Shown here piece after piece: positions 8,144 through 17,425 of a DNA stretch of 64,000 nt (positions are counted from its first letter, which is position 1; every line of letters begins with the position of its first letter). A program made the translations under genes and the position numbers. Source of the stretch: a bacterium (lineage in GTDB: Bacteria > Bacteroidota > Rhodothermia > Rhodothermales > UBA10348); NCBI GenBank assembly GCA_013204185.1, contig JABMOI010000004.1, positions 5,272-69,271 of the forward strand, written 5' to 3'. The notes below the pieces were generated by a model. The model was not told where the DNA came from. It searched no databases and saw nothing but the letters and a program-made list of their open reading frames with translations.

Positions 8144-9733
8144 TTGAGTACAATAGATCGAACTCCGGATCACGTTTGGAAAGAATGTCTCGAGATTATT
8201 CGAGACAATGTGAGCCGTCAAAGCTATCGGACATGGTTCTCTCCGCTAAAAGCGTTACGCCTCGAAGAATTGGATGGCGTCAGCAAATTAACGGTCCAGC
8301 TACCCAGCCGGTTTTATTTTGAATGGCTTGAAGAGCACTACTTCGGATTACTCAGAAAGACCGTCACCAAAGTTTTAGGTAGCAAGGGACGCCTGTTCTA
8401 TGACGTGGTCATCGAGAATGAAAACCAAGAGGCAGGCTTTGATGGCACGGTCATGCAACTCCCAGCTCGCCAGCCAGCAAATGAGCCACAGCCTCAGTCA
8501 CCCATAGGCTCGGCCGCACCTCCCTCTCATGCCAGCGTCGCTGCTGCAAATGGAGGAGCCTTTGGTGGTAGGGCGTTTGGCGGTGGAGCGCAGCCAGGCG
8601 CACAGGGACAGCGCTTTGGGTTCAACCCACAAACTTCGATGGGCAGCTCTAGTCCCATTTCCAATCCGTTTGTAATCCCTGGAATCCAAAAAATTCAAGT
8701 CGATTCGCACCTGAATCCCAACTACACCTTCGACCGATTCATTGAAGGGGATTGCAACCGACTCGCACGTAGCGCTTCAGTTGCCATCGCGCAGCAGCCT
8801 GGGGGCACCAGTTTTAATCCATTCCTTCTCTATGGCGGCGTGGGGCTCGGCAAGACTCACCTCATCCAAGCCATTGGAAACTATCTCCATGCCAATCGGC
8901 CAGACGCTACCATCCTATACGTGTCGAGTGAGCAGTTCACCAATGAGTTTGTGCAGGCCATCCAGCACAACCGAGTAAGCGACTTTTCGCTTTTCTATCG
9001 CCAAATAGACCTGTTGGTCATTGACGATGTGCAGTTTTTCTCTGGTAAAGAGAAAACACAGGAGGAATTCTTTCACATCTTTAATGCCCTGCACCAGAGC
9101 GGCAAGCAGATTATCCTTTCGGCAGATCGTCCCCCTAGGGACATCCAAGGGATTGAAGAGCGTCTCCTTTCGCGCTTCCAATGGGGCCTTTCTGCAGACC
9201 TTCAGCTTCCAGACTTCGAAACAAGGATGGCCATTCTGCGCCGGAAAGCCGTCGAAGATGGCATCGTGATCAGCGACGATATTTTTGAATTCGTTGCCCA
9301 CAACATTAAATCCAACATCCGAGAGCTCGAAGGCGCCCTGATTCGGCTTTTGGCTCACGGCACGCTTCACAAGCGCGAAATTGACCTGTCTCTAGCTAAG
9401 GATGTGCTACGAGACCTCATCACAGACACGCGCGTAACGCTGACCATTGATCAAATTCAGCGGCTTGTGTGTGAGTATTTTGGAATCCCAGAAGACCTTG
9501 TTCGAGCTAAAACTCGAAAAAGAGAAGTGGTTCAGGCGCGTCAGATTTCCATGTATTTCTGCAAACGTCTGACCCAGCATTCACTTAAAACCATTGGCCT
9601 TCACTTCGGTGGGCGGGATCACTCTACAGTGATTCACGCCAACCAAAGCGTAGAGAATCAAATGGATACGGACCCTAAGTTTGTGGACATGATCGGAGAG
9701 ATCTCAAACAAGATCGATTTGAGAAGCCGTTAA
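8144..9733 (+). CDS. dnaA: chromosomal replication initiator DnaA (TTG start, long Gly/Ala/Gln-rich domain II linker)
   Basis: Walker A GGVGLGKTHL, DDVQFF, SADRPP, C-terminal DnaA-box-binding HFGGRDHSTVIHA. The low-complexity linker spans roughly residues 90-185. Confidence 0.97.
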   Translation: MSTIDRTPDHVWKECLEIIRDNVSRQSYRTWFSPLKALRLEELDGVSKLTVQLPSRFYFEWLEEHYFGLLRKTVTKVLGSKGRLFYDVVIENENQEAGFDGTVMQLPARQPANEPQPQSPIGSAAPPSHASVAAANGGAFGGRAFGGGAQPGAQGQRFGFNPQTSMGSSSPISNPFVIPGIQKIQVDSHLNPNYTFDRFIEGDCNRLARSASVAIAQQPGGTSFNPFLLYGGVGLGKTHLIQAIGNYLHANRPDATILYVSSEQFTNEFVQAIQHNRVSDFSLFYRQIDLLVIDDVQFFSGKEKTQEEFFHIFNALHQSGKQIILSADRPPRDIQGIEERLLSRFQWGLSADLQLPDFETRMAILRRKAVEDGIVISDDIFEFVAHNIKSNIRELEGALIRLLAHGTLHKREIDLSLAKDVLRDLITDTRVTLTIDQIQRLVCEYFGIPEDLVRAKTRKREVVQARQISMYFCKRLTQHSLKTIGLHFGGRDHSTVIHANQSVENQMDTDPKFVDMIGEISNKIDLRSR

Positions 9734-9807
9734 TTCCAAAATTAGGGTGGATTCGGCAGTACGGAAAATGTTAACTTGCGTCGTCACTTTAATCACAGGA
9801 TACCATC

Positions 9808-10929
9808 ATGAAATTCGCCGCTTCCAGCGTTGAACTTCTCAAAGCTCTTCAAACCGTTAGCGGAGCCGTTCCGTCAAAAAGCACCCTTCCTATTTTGGAG
9901 TGCATACTTTTTGAGGTAGACGGAGGGAAACTTCGATTAAGCGCTACAGATCTCGAGATATCGATTGTACAACGACTTCGCGTTTCTGTAGAAGTAGATG
10001 GTCCTTCCCGCGTTGCCGTACCGGCAAAACGTTTGATTGACACGCTACGCGCCTTGTCTAACGTTCCGGTTCGCTTTTCCGCAGATGGTGACTTCAATGT
10101 GGCCCTCGATACCGACCAAGGCCACTACAAGATGGTCGGACACGATGGTGCAGACTACCCAGCCCTACCTGAGCTATCAGATAGCGTGACAGTAGAAACC
10201 GATGGTGCACTGCTTCGCCGCGCCATTCAGAAAACCTCTTTTGCGGTTTCAAAGGACGCGCTTCGCCCGGCTATGATGGGAATTTACTTTCAGATCACTC
10301 GTGAGTCTGGAAAAGCGGTAGCCACAGACGGGCACCGTTTGGTTAAGCTGCAATTGGAAAACCTAAGCGCCACCGAGGACATGGACTTTATTGTCCCTGA
10401 GAAAGCAATGTCTCTCGCCGCTAAAGTGGCCACCGACGACACCTGCACCCTCACCGTCGATAGCGGCTATGCTGGGTTTGATTTTGGTGACTCCCGCGTG
10501 CTAGCAAGGCTCATTGACGAGCCCTATCCAAATTACCAGGCTGTCATCCCGATTGACAACGACAAGAAAATGACGGCCAACCGCGATGCAATGCTTGCGG
10601 CCGTTAAACGCGTGGCCCTCTACTCTTCAACCATGACCAATCAGATTCGCCTGTCGGTGGATAAAGATGAAGTCGTGATTTCGGCCGAAGACCTCGAACG
10701 CGCCAGTTCAGCTAAAGAGACTGTCTCCTGCGACTACGACGGCGACGCCTTGGTTATTGGATTCAACGCCATCTACCTAACTGAAGTCCTCTCGAACGTG
10801 GATTCAGAAGATGTGCTCTTTGAGTTCAGTTCCCCAAACCGCGCTGGCGTTGTAACTCCTGCCGGACAGAAGGATGGAGAAAACATGATGATGCTCATCA
10901 TGCCAGTTATGCTTAACACCTACGCATAA
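9808..10929 (+). CDS. dnaN: DNA polymerase III beta sliding clamp
   Basis: 373 aa starting MKF...S..LL.AL..V; LPILECILFEV, YPNYQAVIP, and MPVML near the C-terminus; follows dnaA. Confidence 0.96.
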   Translation: MKFAASSVELLKALQTVSGAVPSKSTLPILECILFEVDGGKLRLSATDLEISIVQRLRVSVEVDGPSRVAVPAKRLIDTLRALSNVPVRFSADGDFNVALDTDQGHYKMVGHDGADYPALPELSDSVTVETDGALLRRAIQKTSFAVSKDALRPAMMGIYFQITRESGKAVATDGHRLVKLQLENLSATEDMDFIVPEKAMSLAAKVATDDTCTLTVDSGYAGFDFGDSRVLARLIDEPYPNYQAVIPIDNDKKMTANRDAMLAAVKRVALYSSTMTNQIRLSVDKDEVVISAEDLERASSAKETVSCDYDGDALVIGFNAIYLTEVLSNVDSEDVLFEFSSPNRAGVVTPAGQKDGENMMMLIMPVMLNTYA

Positions 10930-10959
10930 CCCTCGCCTAAAGCCTGTTCACCTCAGGAC

Positions 10960-12045
10960 TTACCTGTAAAGCCCTTTTCTCTGCAGCCGCGCACGCAACT
11001 GCCGTGCTTCTGGAGCTTTTTTCGCGTTCACGTCAATGATTTGGTCAATCAGAGGCATCGCCTTTTGGGGCTGCCCAGCGCGGACATACGCATCAGCCAG
11101 TAGCATGAGGGCTTGGGGATATAAATAGCCCATGGCTTGATGGAATGCGATCGCACTTTCCATCTCCATGATGCCTTCGTTGAGCAGGTCTCGATTCATG
11201 CCGGGCAAGTACCCGAAAACGGAAGTGTTTGCCCGCTGGAGCTTGGTAACGGCCGTCCTATACCTTTGTGATACCTCCAAATTGGGCTCAATGAACCGAC
11301 CACGAGGATGGCTCCCCAACTCAATCCACGAGTAGTCCGGGAGCTGCCTCGGCATCGTACTTACATCCACCACAGGTTTCCACGAACCGACCATGACAAG
11401 CATCAGATAGACCCCAAATACCGAAGCCAAGGCCTGCATGCCAATCTGCTGGGTGTGCCTCCGCGGCTTTGCAATCTGCCCCTCTGACAGAAACGACGCG
11501 AGCCCAAGGGCGTGTTGCGCCTCGATCGAAACAACGGAACCTGGTCGCTGCGAAGCGAGAGCCACAGGCTGCGGGAGTTGTTGAATTGAGGGCTGTTCAA
11601 TCTGAACTGATTGCTTAGCCTCTCTCAATGCTGGGTCAACTGGCAAGCCCCTTTCCATACAGGTAGCCACATCGTCAATGGAATGACCCGTTACCGCGGT
11701 AAAATGGTCAAGCACATGGGCCGAATTCAAGGTCCGAGCCCTACTTACAAATCCCTCCCACATCGAGCGTTTCATGTTGTCAGAAAGAATTCGACGAAGG
11801 AACCGATTACGAGGAGAAGCGAGTTCAGAAAGATCGTTTTCAGGCTCATAAATAGAGTCCACAGCCCAGAACGAGATCATTTCTCGATCATGCTCTGAGG
11901 ACGCCGCCGACGCCGCGGTCTTTAAGAATGACTGCATTCTGCTGGAAGGTGCAAAGCCGATCCTAGCCAGAATGCGAAGGCAACATGTATTCCAAATGTG
12001 CATGAGAGAGGACGTGTTTGAGGGTGGTAAGTGTGTCTGTTTCAT
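10960..12045 (-). CDS. hypothetical single-pass membrane protein, putative anti-sigma factor (C-terminal TPR-like segment)
   Basis: Lies immediately downstream of the sigma gene. One central TM helix (ALASVFGVYLMLVMVGSW). The C-terminal YPQALMLLADAYVRAGQPQKAMPLIDQII is TPR-like. The ATG at 12045 leaves an 11-nt gap after the sigma stop; an alternative ATG at 12081 overlaps it. Confidence 0.4.
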   Translation of the reverse strand: MKQTHLPPSNTSSLMHIWNTCCLRILARIGFAPSSRMQSFLKTAASAASSEHDREMISFWAVDSIYEPENDLSELASPRNRFLRRILSDNMKRSMWEGFVSRARTLNSAHVLDHFTAVTGHSIDDVATCMERGLPVDPALREAKQSVQIEQPSIQQLPQPVALASQRPGSVVSIEAQHALGLASFLSEGQIAKPRRHTQQIGMQALASVFGVYLMLVMVGSWKPVVDVSTMPRQLPDYSWIELGSHPRGRFIEPNLEVSQRYRTAVTKLQRANTSVFGYLPGMNRDLLNEGIMEMESAIAFHQAMGYLYPQALMLLADAYVRAGQPQKAMPLIDQIIDVNAKKAPEARQLRARLQRKGLYR

Positions 12046-12056
12046 GATCGAATACC

Positions 12057-12707
12057 TTAGTCGAATATTCTTTCGGCCCAAGCTTGAAGGGTTCGGTTTT
12101 TTCTAAATCGAGCGCACGCTTTGTGGATATAAGCGCGAACGGTTGGCACGCGTTTTCCGATGATTCGGCTTATTTCTTCGTATGACAGGTTTTCAATGAA
12201 CTTCATGCGCGCCGCAGGCCGGAGAAATTCAGGAAGCTCCGCGATTGCTCGTTGCAAGGCAACATGCAGCGCCGCAGCGTCCGTCTCCACATCAAAAGAA
12301 AGGTCCAACGTCCTTGGATGTACTCTCATGTGTTCTAGCCCTGTCACATTTCGGCGACGCGTCACGAAGTTGATGAACGTGTTCCGGCATACTACACTGA
12401 CCCATTGAGCGTACCGATCATAACTTTCAATGGCGCCTCTATTTCGCTCTACCTTTTGATAGGTCTTTTCAACCAGCAGGTCGAGCTCACAACTTCGAAA
12501 AGCCGATTCCTTTAAGAACTTGACCAGGTAATATCTGCGCACGAAACAGTACGTCCAGAGATCAATCAAGACTTTATGAGGCTGAAGTCCCTGTGTCATG
12601 TACAAGGTAAAGGCCTCGTTTACGCGATCGGCCTCATCCAAGCGAAAAGGGAGGCTGGAAGCCAATACTTCCAGAGAGGAAAGTTCTGTTTTATAGGACA
12701 TGAGCAT
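12057..12707 (-). CDS. sigma-70 family (ECF-like) RNA polymerase sigma factor
   Basis: Region-4 HTH ENLSYEEISRIIGKRVPTVRAYIHKACARFRKN and a region-2-like YAQWVSVVCRNTFINFVTRRRN. The track ORF extends to 12962, but the extra 85 codons carry no sigma motifs, so I prefer ATG 12707 or 12701. Confidence 0.7.
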   Translation of the reverse strand: MLMSYKTELSSLEVLASSLPFRLDEADRVNEAFTLYMTQGLQPHKVLIDLWTYCFVRRYYLVKFLKESAFRSCELDLLVEKTYQKVERNRGAIESYDRYAQWVSVVCRNTFINFVTRRRNVTGLEHMRVHPRTLDLSFDVETDAAALHVALQRAIAELPEFLRPAARMKFIENLSYEEISRIIGKRVPTVRAYIHKACARFRKNRTLQAWAERIFD

Positions 12708-12998
12708 CAGGTGGGCTAAGAACGGGGGCAATGAATCGAGAGCCAAAACAAGGGGCAGCGAACGGGGGGTTTCGCATCTACCCATGAATAGAAACGTGGG
12801 ACTGCAAAACCGAACGACATTTTTTTGCAATTCGAACGATTTCACAAAAGCCTTCGCATCGGTTTCCAGATATTTAGCCGCCCGGATCGAACCCAATTTT
12901 TCAAAAGCCAAAACTCCACTTTTATATGGCATATGACATATAGCTGTCACTGGTAGTTGCAATCTTTGGCCAGATTACTCTCCAAAACCAATACTACT

Positions 12999-13496
12999 AT
13001 GACCATCATATCCCAGTTTATCGCGGAACTAGAAGACGAGGCGGCTAACACCCGTAAAATGCTCTCTCGGATGCCCGCGGACAAGTTGGACTGGACGCCC
13101 CACGCCAAAAGCATGAAAATGCGCAATCTTGCCGCGCACATCGCAGAACTGCCAAGCTGGATAGAAATGGCATTCACGGCCAACGAACTCGACTTTGCCG
13201 CAACTCCTTACGAACCACCCGCTGCCGAAAACACGGAGGGAATGTTGGCCCTTTTCGAACAATGTATGGCAGATGGCAAGGCGCAGTTGCTCGAAGAAAA
13301 TACGGGCAAGCTCGGCGAACGCTGGGTGCTACGCCAAGGAGAACTGATTCTGTGGGATTCGGACCGGTGGGGAGTAGTTCGGATGGCAATAAGCCAGATG
13401 ATACATCACCGGGCGCAACTGGGAGTCTATCTACGTCTGTTAGACATCCCGATTCCTGGCAGTTATGGACCTAGTGCCGACGAGCAGAATGTTTAG
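12999..13496 (+). CDS. DinB-family (DinB_2-like) four-helix-bundle protein
   Basis: MTIISQFIAELEDEAANTRKML..., HIAELPSW, MIHHRAQLGVYLRLLDIPIPGSYGPSADE. These His positions and the C-terminal motif are typical of DinB-family proteins. Confidence 0.75.
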   Translation: MTIISQFIAELEDEAANTRKMLSRMPADKLDWTPHAKSMKMRNLAAHIAELPSWIEMAFTANELDFAATPYEPPAAENTEGMLALFEQCMADGKAQLLEENTGKLGERWVLRQGELILWDSDRWGVVRMAISQMIHHRAQLGVYLRLLDIPIPGSYGPSADEQNV

Positions 13497-13529
13497 TTTC
13501 CTTTTAATGGCAATACGGTAAAACAAAAA

Positions 13530-13573
13530 GTGGAGGGCCGCAATGGCGAATTCATTCGCCTGCGGCCCTCCAC
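13530..13573 (-). terminator. long hairpin terminator between convergent genes
   Basis: GTGGAGGGCCGCA...TGCGGCCCTCCAC is a perfect 13-bp stem with an inner GGCGAAT/ATTCGCC stem. On the minus strand it is followed by TTTTTGTTTT. Confidence 0.65.
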
Positions 13574-13600
13574 TCGGAAGAATCATCAAGGATTAGGACA

Positions 13601-15223
13601 CTACTTGATGCAAATACCGTCTACCTCGGCAGAAACGTCTATCGTAACAACGGAGCCCGTGACGACTTCTGTCCTAGATTCGGCCTTGTTATCGATCGTG
13701 GCATTAAAGAGGTAAGTCGCGCCAGATTGCAGTCCCGGTACCACCACAGAGCCGCCTGAAATAGTGCCCTGAAGTTTCGTCAGGTTCGCATCTGTAACCG
13801 TGAACGAACGTGCGGCAGAAGCCGGTTCGCCTTGCTTGCGATAATACACGTTCACATCGGGGCCCAGATTCGCAACGTTCAACCGTTTACACGTCGCGCC
13901 AAAATTCAACTGAAAGGTCACATCAATCAGGTTGCTAGCTGGAGCTGGCAGCGTTGCAGAACCCGTTGCGCCGCAAATACTTCCAGTCCCTGTTCCAACC
14001 TGATCGCCCGCCTGATTCTGAATGACGTATCCCGTCAGATTAAGCGGCGCTTTTTGGACGGTGAACGTCGATTTATCGGCGGCAACCACGATATCAGAAG
14101 AAACCCAAGAGCCGTCCGATGAAGAAACCCGAAGCGTGGCCGCCCCGGCATTTCCATTCCGGTTCAGCGAGAAGTTGCCACTGCTGCATCCATCACTGGC
14201 ATATCCAAAGTTCCAATTGGAAAGGTGATTCGTCATGTAGGTCACACTAAAGTTACCATTGGGACCCGGTCCCGAGACCGTCGCATTTCCCTCGGCCACC
14301 CATTTGGCTCCACTTTCAACAAAACTGAACACCTGAATTTGATCTCCGTTTTGAATTGGGCGGCCTGCAGTCTGGTTAATCGTGGTCGGAGGGATGGTCA
14401 CCGTAAGCGGAATTGGGGGGTCAAACTGGGTAATGTTATTTCCGTTTGTATCCCGAACCGTGACTTTAGCAAACCCAGCTGTCGTCATCGATTGCTGCGA
14501 GCTCACTCCCGATGCATTTTGAACCGTTGGTGTGAAACCACCTGGAAAGGCGGAAGCGCCGGAGCCATCTGCGTTCGTAAAGAAGGAGACATTGGTTTGA
14601 ATCGTTCCGGAAGCTGCCTGACCTGAACTCGTGCGAGCGCTCGTTCCAGCAGGAAGTGTAACAGAGGCCGTGGTTTGGTTCGCAGAAGATCCACTATCGG
14701 TAGTGGCCGTTGAAGGCTGCGATACGGTGCCGCCCGATGTAGTCGCAGCAGATTGAGCCGTCGCGCCGCTCTGAACAGCTTGGCCGGTCCGCGTCATATT
14801 GATTGTGACTTCGGTTAGACCCACTTCGCTAATTTGGACGGTGCCCGAGCCGGAATCATAGCCAGGCGCACTGGCAATAATCTGGACAGTTACCGGACTG
14901 CCTGAGGAAGGCACTACGGAGTTTTTAATTCCAAAGCCGCCAATACCACCTGTTACGTTGGCCTCGGTCATGGGATCAGAAAACGTATCGATGATATCCG
15001 ACTTGTTATTTCCCTCGAAGCGCATGAGCACTTCAGACTCGATAAACGAATCCTGAACCGGATCTATAAATTTAACCGAAACGGTCGTGTTGATGTCTTC
15101 CAGAGCCACGATCACGTTGAACTCATCGAACGCATCTTGGGCAGCTTGAAAATCGCAGCCTGCAAAAAAGGCGGTCGTAAAAATGGTCAGAGCAACACAC
15201 CCTGCAAAAAAAGTTTTTTTCAT
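13601..15223 (-). CDS. Ser/Thr/Gly-rich surface lipoprotein, unknown function
   Basis: Lipoprotein signal MKKTFFAGCVALTIFTTAFFAGC, long low-complexity S/T/G/A/Q tracts and beta-rich repeats. I prefer ATG 15223 over the track start at 15295. Confidence 0.6.
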   Translation of the reverse strand: MKKTFFAGCVALTIFTTAFFAGCDFQAAQDAFDEFNVIVALEDINTTVSVKFIDPVQDSFIESEVLMRFEGNNKSDIIDTFSDPMTEANVTGGIGGFGIKNSVVPSSGSPVTVQIIASAPGYDSGSGTVQISEVGLTEVTINMTRTGQAVQSGATAQSAATTSGGTVSQPSTATTDSGSSANQTTASVTLPAGTSARTSSGQAASGTIQTNVSFFTNADGSGASAFPGGFTPTVQNASGVSSQQSMTTAGFAKVTVRDTNGNNITQFDPPIPLTVTIPPTTINQTAGRPIQNGDQIQVFSFVESGAKWVAEGNATVSGPGPNGNFSVTYMTNHLSNWNFGYASDGCSSGNFSLNRNGNAGAATLRVSSSDGSWVSSDIVVAADKSTFTVQKAPLNLTGYVIQNQAGDQVGTGTGSICGATGSATLPAPASNLIDVTFQLNFGATCKRLNVANLGPDVNVYYRKQGEPASAARSFTVTDANLTKLQGTISGGSVVVPGLQSGATYLFNATIDNKAESRTEVVTGSVVTIDVSAEVDGICIK

Positions 15224-15294
15224 TTTGAGCACCCCATTATGCTCCATGTTCAATTCAAAATTGGTTCTGGCTGGCGAAACGCAGCCCCTTCTCA

Positions 15295-15921
15295 CTACTG
15301 TAAGCGAATAGACAAGCCTAATGACACCACCGGCATCCAGGTGAAGGTTTTAAGTCCTTCCTGCATGGTTTCTGCCCAGGCGGCGGTTTGCGCAATCATC
15401 CCTGTACCATCCATTTCAAAGGTCGGCTCGCCCGTGTAAATCACTCCCATGTCAAATAGGAAGCCCAGGCGGCGGCCATGCGTCATATCTCCGAACCCAA
15501 TTCCGAGATACGGACTCACTGCCTGATCGTATTTAAGCGTAGCTGTGAGAGAGCCCAGTCTTTCCGGTTGAAAAATCTTTCCATCCAGATCGTATTCGGT
15601 GATGGGCTTTCCATTAGCGGTAGCTTCTCTGTTGTCCATATACGCACCGGCTGTTAAGCGAAAACTACCTTCGAACGGATGAAAATCGATTAGGCCGCTA
15701 AAAGAGCCGAGAGACACATCAGCGTCAAACTGAACGGTAATATCATCGGCTACTTCCGTGTGCGTTCGACTTAAATTCAGAAATGATCCTCCAGCTCGCA
15801 AAACAAGCTTATCGCCAAGCGGGTAGGCAATATCCACGCCCGGCCCCATCGTCCCTGCTTTCACCGCAATAGCAAGTCCCTGAGCTTGCACTTGGCCGAT
15901 AGCAAAAACTGCGATCATCAA
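15295..15921 (-). CDS. small outer-membrane beta-barrel protein (porin-family/OmpW-like); N-terminus apparently frame-disrupted
   Basis: Alternating hydrophobic beta-strand pattern and Gly/aromatic-rich sequence, about 200 aa. A good signal-peptide start (MKRILLF, ATG 15940) lies 19 nt upstream in another frame. Confidence 0.55.
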   Translation of the reverse strand: MMIAVFAIGQVQAQGLAIAVKAGTMGPGVDIAYPLGDKLVLRAGGSFLNLSRTHTEVADDITVQFDADVSLGSFSGLIDFHPFEGSFRLTAGAYMDNREATANGKPITEYDLDGKIFQPERLGSLTATLKYDQAVSPYLGIGFGDMTHGRRLGFLFDMGVIYTGEPTFEMDGTGMIAQTAAWAETMQEGLKTFTWMPVVSLGLSIRLQ

Positions 15922-16391
15922 ACAATAGTATTCGTTTCATTTTTTTTGCGCCTTCAACCTTCTATTATTACCCATCTTTTACCCGTCGAACCAGATTAGT
16001 CCAATATAAAAACTAATTCAAGGTAGATGGAGGTTATCCTCTCTTTCTCTTTTAGTTTCAAGCAAATCCCCACAGCCACTTAAGGGTTATCGCGCATTGA
16101 AATGCTCTTTTTAAGCCGGCCGAATTTCAAGATTGGTGGAAGAATGCGAATTTTCACAACTTTTGGAACGCGCAGGCGTGCATGATTGCCCGAAAACTGC
16201 TACTCGCGTCCCGCGAATTACTCGTGAGTGTACTTTTTAGGACGATAATGGATTGACGGGCGTTAAAAATATTCGTATTTTGTTCGTCTGCGTTTTTTTC
16301 CGGCCTCCACCGGAGGCAAAAACAATTGATTTTTGCTTTCAGGTCGGATTTCAATAATTGGATTTTTTCCAAATAGACTACAGAGTCTCCG

Positions 16392-16835
16392 ATGGACGTC
16401 AACAGCTTTAAGACAATGAGTGCGAAACCGGCGGAAGTCGAACGCGCATGGCACGTTGTCGATGCATCAAATATGATCGTTGGTCGCCTTGCAACTAAGG
16501 TGGCTACGCTTCTCCGTGGAAAACACAAACCCAGCTTCACCCCCCATGTAGACTGTGGTGATTTCGTCATTGTTATCAATGCCGACAAAGTGCGTTTCAC
16601 TGGAAAAAAAGAGACGGATAAAGAGTACTTCCGCCATACAGGTTATCCTGGTGGTGTTCGCTTGCGTACGCCGGCAGAAGTTCGCGTTAAAAAGCCGACT
16701 TTCATGGTGCAGAACGCCGTGAAAGGAATGCTTCCTAAAAACGTGCTTGGCCGCCAGTTGATCACTAAGATGAAAGTGTACGCTGGTAGCGAACACCCAC
16801 ATAGTGCCCAGCAGCCAGTCGCTCTCGAACTCTGA
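16392..16835 (+). CDS. rplM: 50S ribosomal protein L13
   Basis: WHVVDASNMIVGRLATKVATLLRGKHKPSFTPHVDCGDFVIVINA. Confidence 0.96.
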   Translation: MDVNSFKTMSAKPAEVERAWHVVDASNMIVGRLATKVATLLRGKHKPSFTPHVDCGDFVIVINADKVRFTGKKETDKEYFRHTGYPGGVRLRTPAEVRVKKPTFMVQNAVKGMLPKNVLGRQLITKMKVYAGSEHPHSAQQPVALEL

Positions 16836-16872
16836 TCCCACTCCCCCCGCGTAACAGCATACTAATTCTATT

Positions 16873-17274
16873 ATGGCAACAGCCCTAACTCAGTTCATCG
16901 CCGTTGGCCGCCGTAAAAACGCGGTTGCCCGTGTTTACCTTCGTCCAGGCGGATCTGGCAAAGTAATCGTTAACAAACGCGAACTGACCAACTACTTTCC
17001 TACAATCTGGCGCAGCTCCTCCGTTACTTCTCCTTTTGAAGTAACAGAAACAGCAGGTCAGTTTGATGTTGTAATCAACGCCCACGGCGGCGGAATGACA
17101 GGTCAAGCAGAAGCTTGCCGCCTTGGCATTGCCCGCGCCCTCGTTGAGTTCAACGCAGAACTACGCAAACCTTTGCGTGACGCTGGTTACATGACTCGTG
17201 ACCCACGTATGGTTGAACGTAAGAAATACGGACAGCCTAAAGCACGTAAACGTTTCCAGTTCTCGAAACGATAG
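16873..17274 (+). CDS. rpsI: 30S ribosomal protein S9
   Basis: VGRRKNAVARVYLRPG...; C-terminal PKARKRFQFSKR. Confidence 0.96.
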   Translation: MATALTQFIAVGRRKNAVARVYLRPGGSGKVIVNKRELTNYFPTIWRSSSVTSPFEVTETAGQFDVVINAHGGGMTGQAEACRLGIARALVEFNAELRKPLRDAGYMTRDPRMVERKKYGQPKARKRFQFSKR

Positions 17275-17287
17275 ATTTTTCCATTAC

Positions 17288-17317
17288 AAAACCAGGCACG
17301 GTGTCTGGTTTTGTTTT
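17288..17317 (+). terminator. rho-independent terminator after rpsI
   Basis: AAAACCAGGCA-CGG-TGTCTGGTTTT stem-loop followed by GTTTTA. Confidence 0.6.
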
Positions 17318-17425
17318 ATCACTCATACGCTTGGATGCCAACCAGGGTGACCAATGCCGCTCAATCGAGTGGCGGTTTCGGTGGGCAATTGAAGGGCGTA
17401 GTGGTCTAAACCCGTTACATATATA

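Noticed and set aside
12708-12962. 85-codon N-terminal extension of the sigma-factor ORF
   Set aside because: It contains no sigma region-1/2 motifs and would overlap the divergent DinB promoter region. The internal ATGs at 12707/12701 give a normal-length ECF-like protein.
16154-16600. 148-aa minus-strand ORF spanning the rplM upstream region and 5' end
   Set aside because: It runs antisense to the highly conserved L13 gene and has no motifs. I also looked for a structured rplM leader or small RNA in 15941-16391 and saw only weak hairpins.
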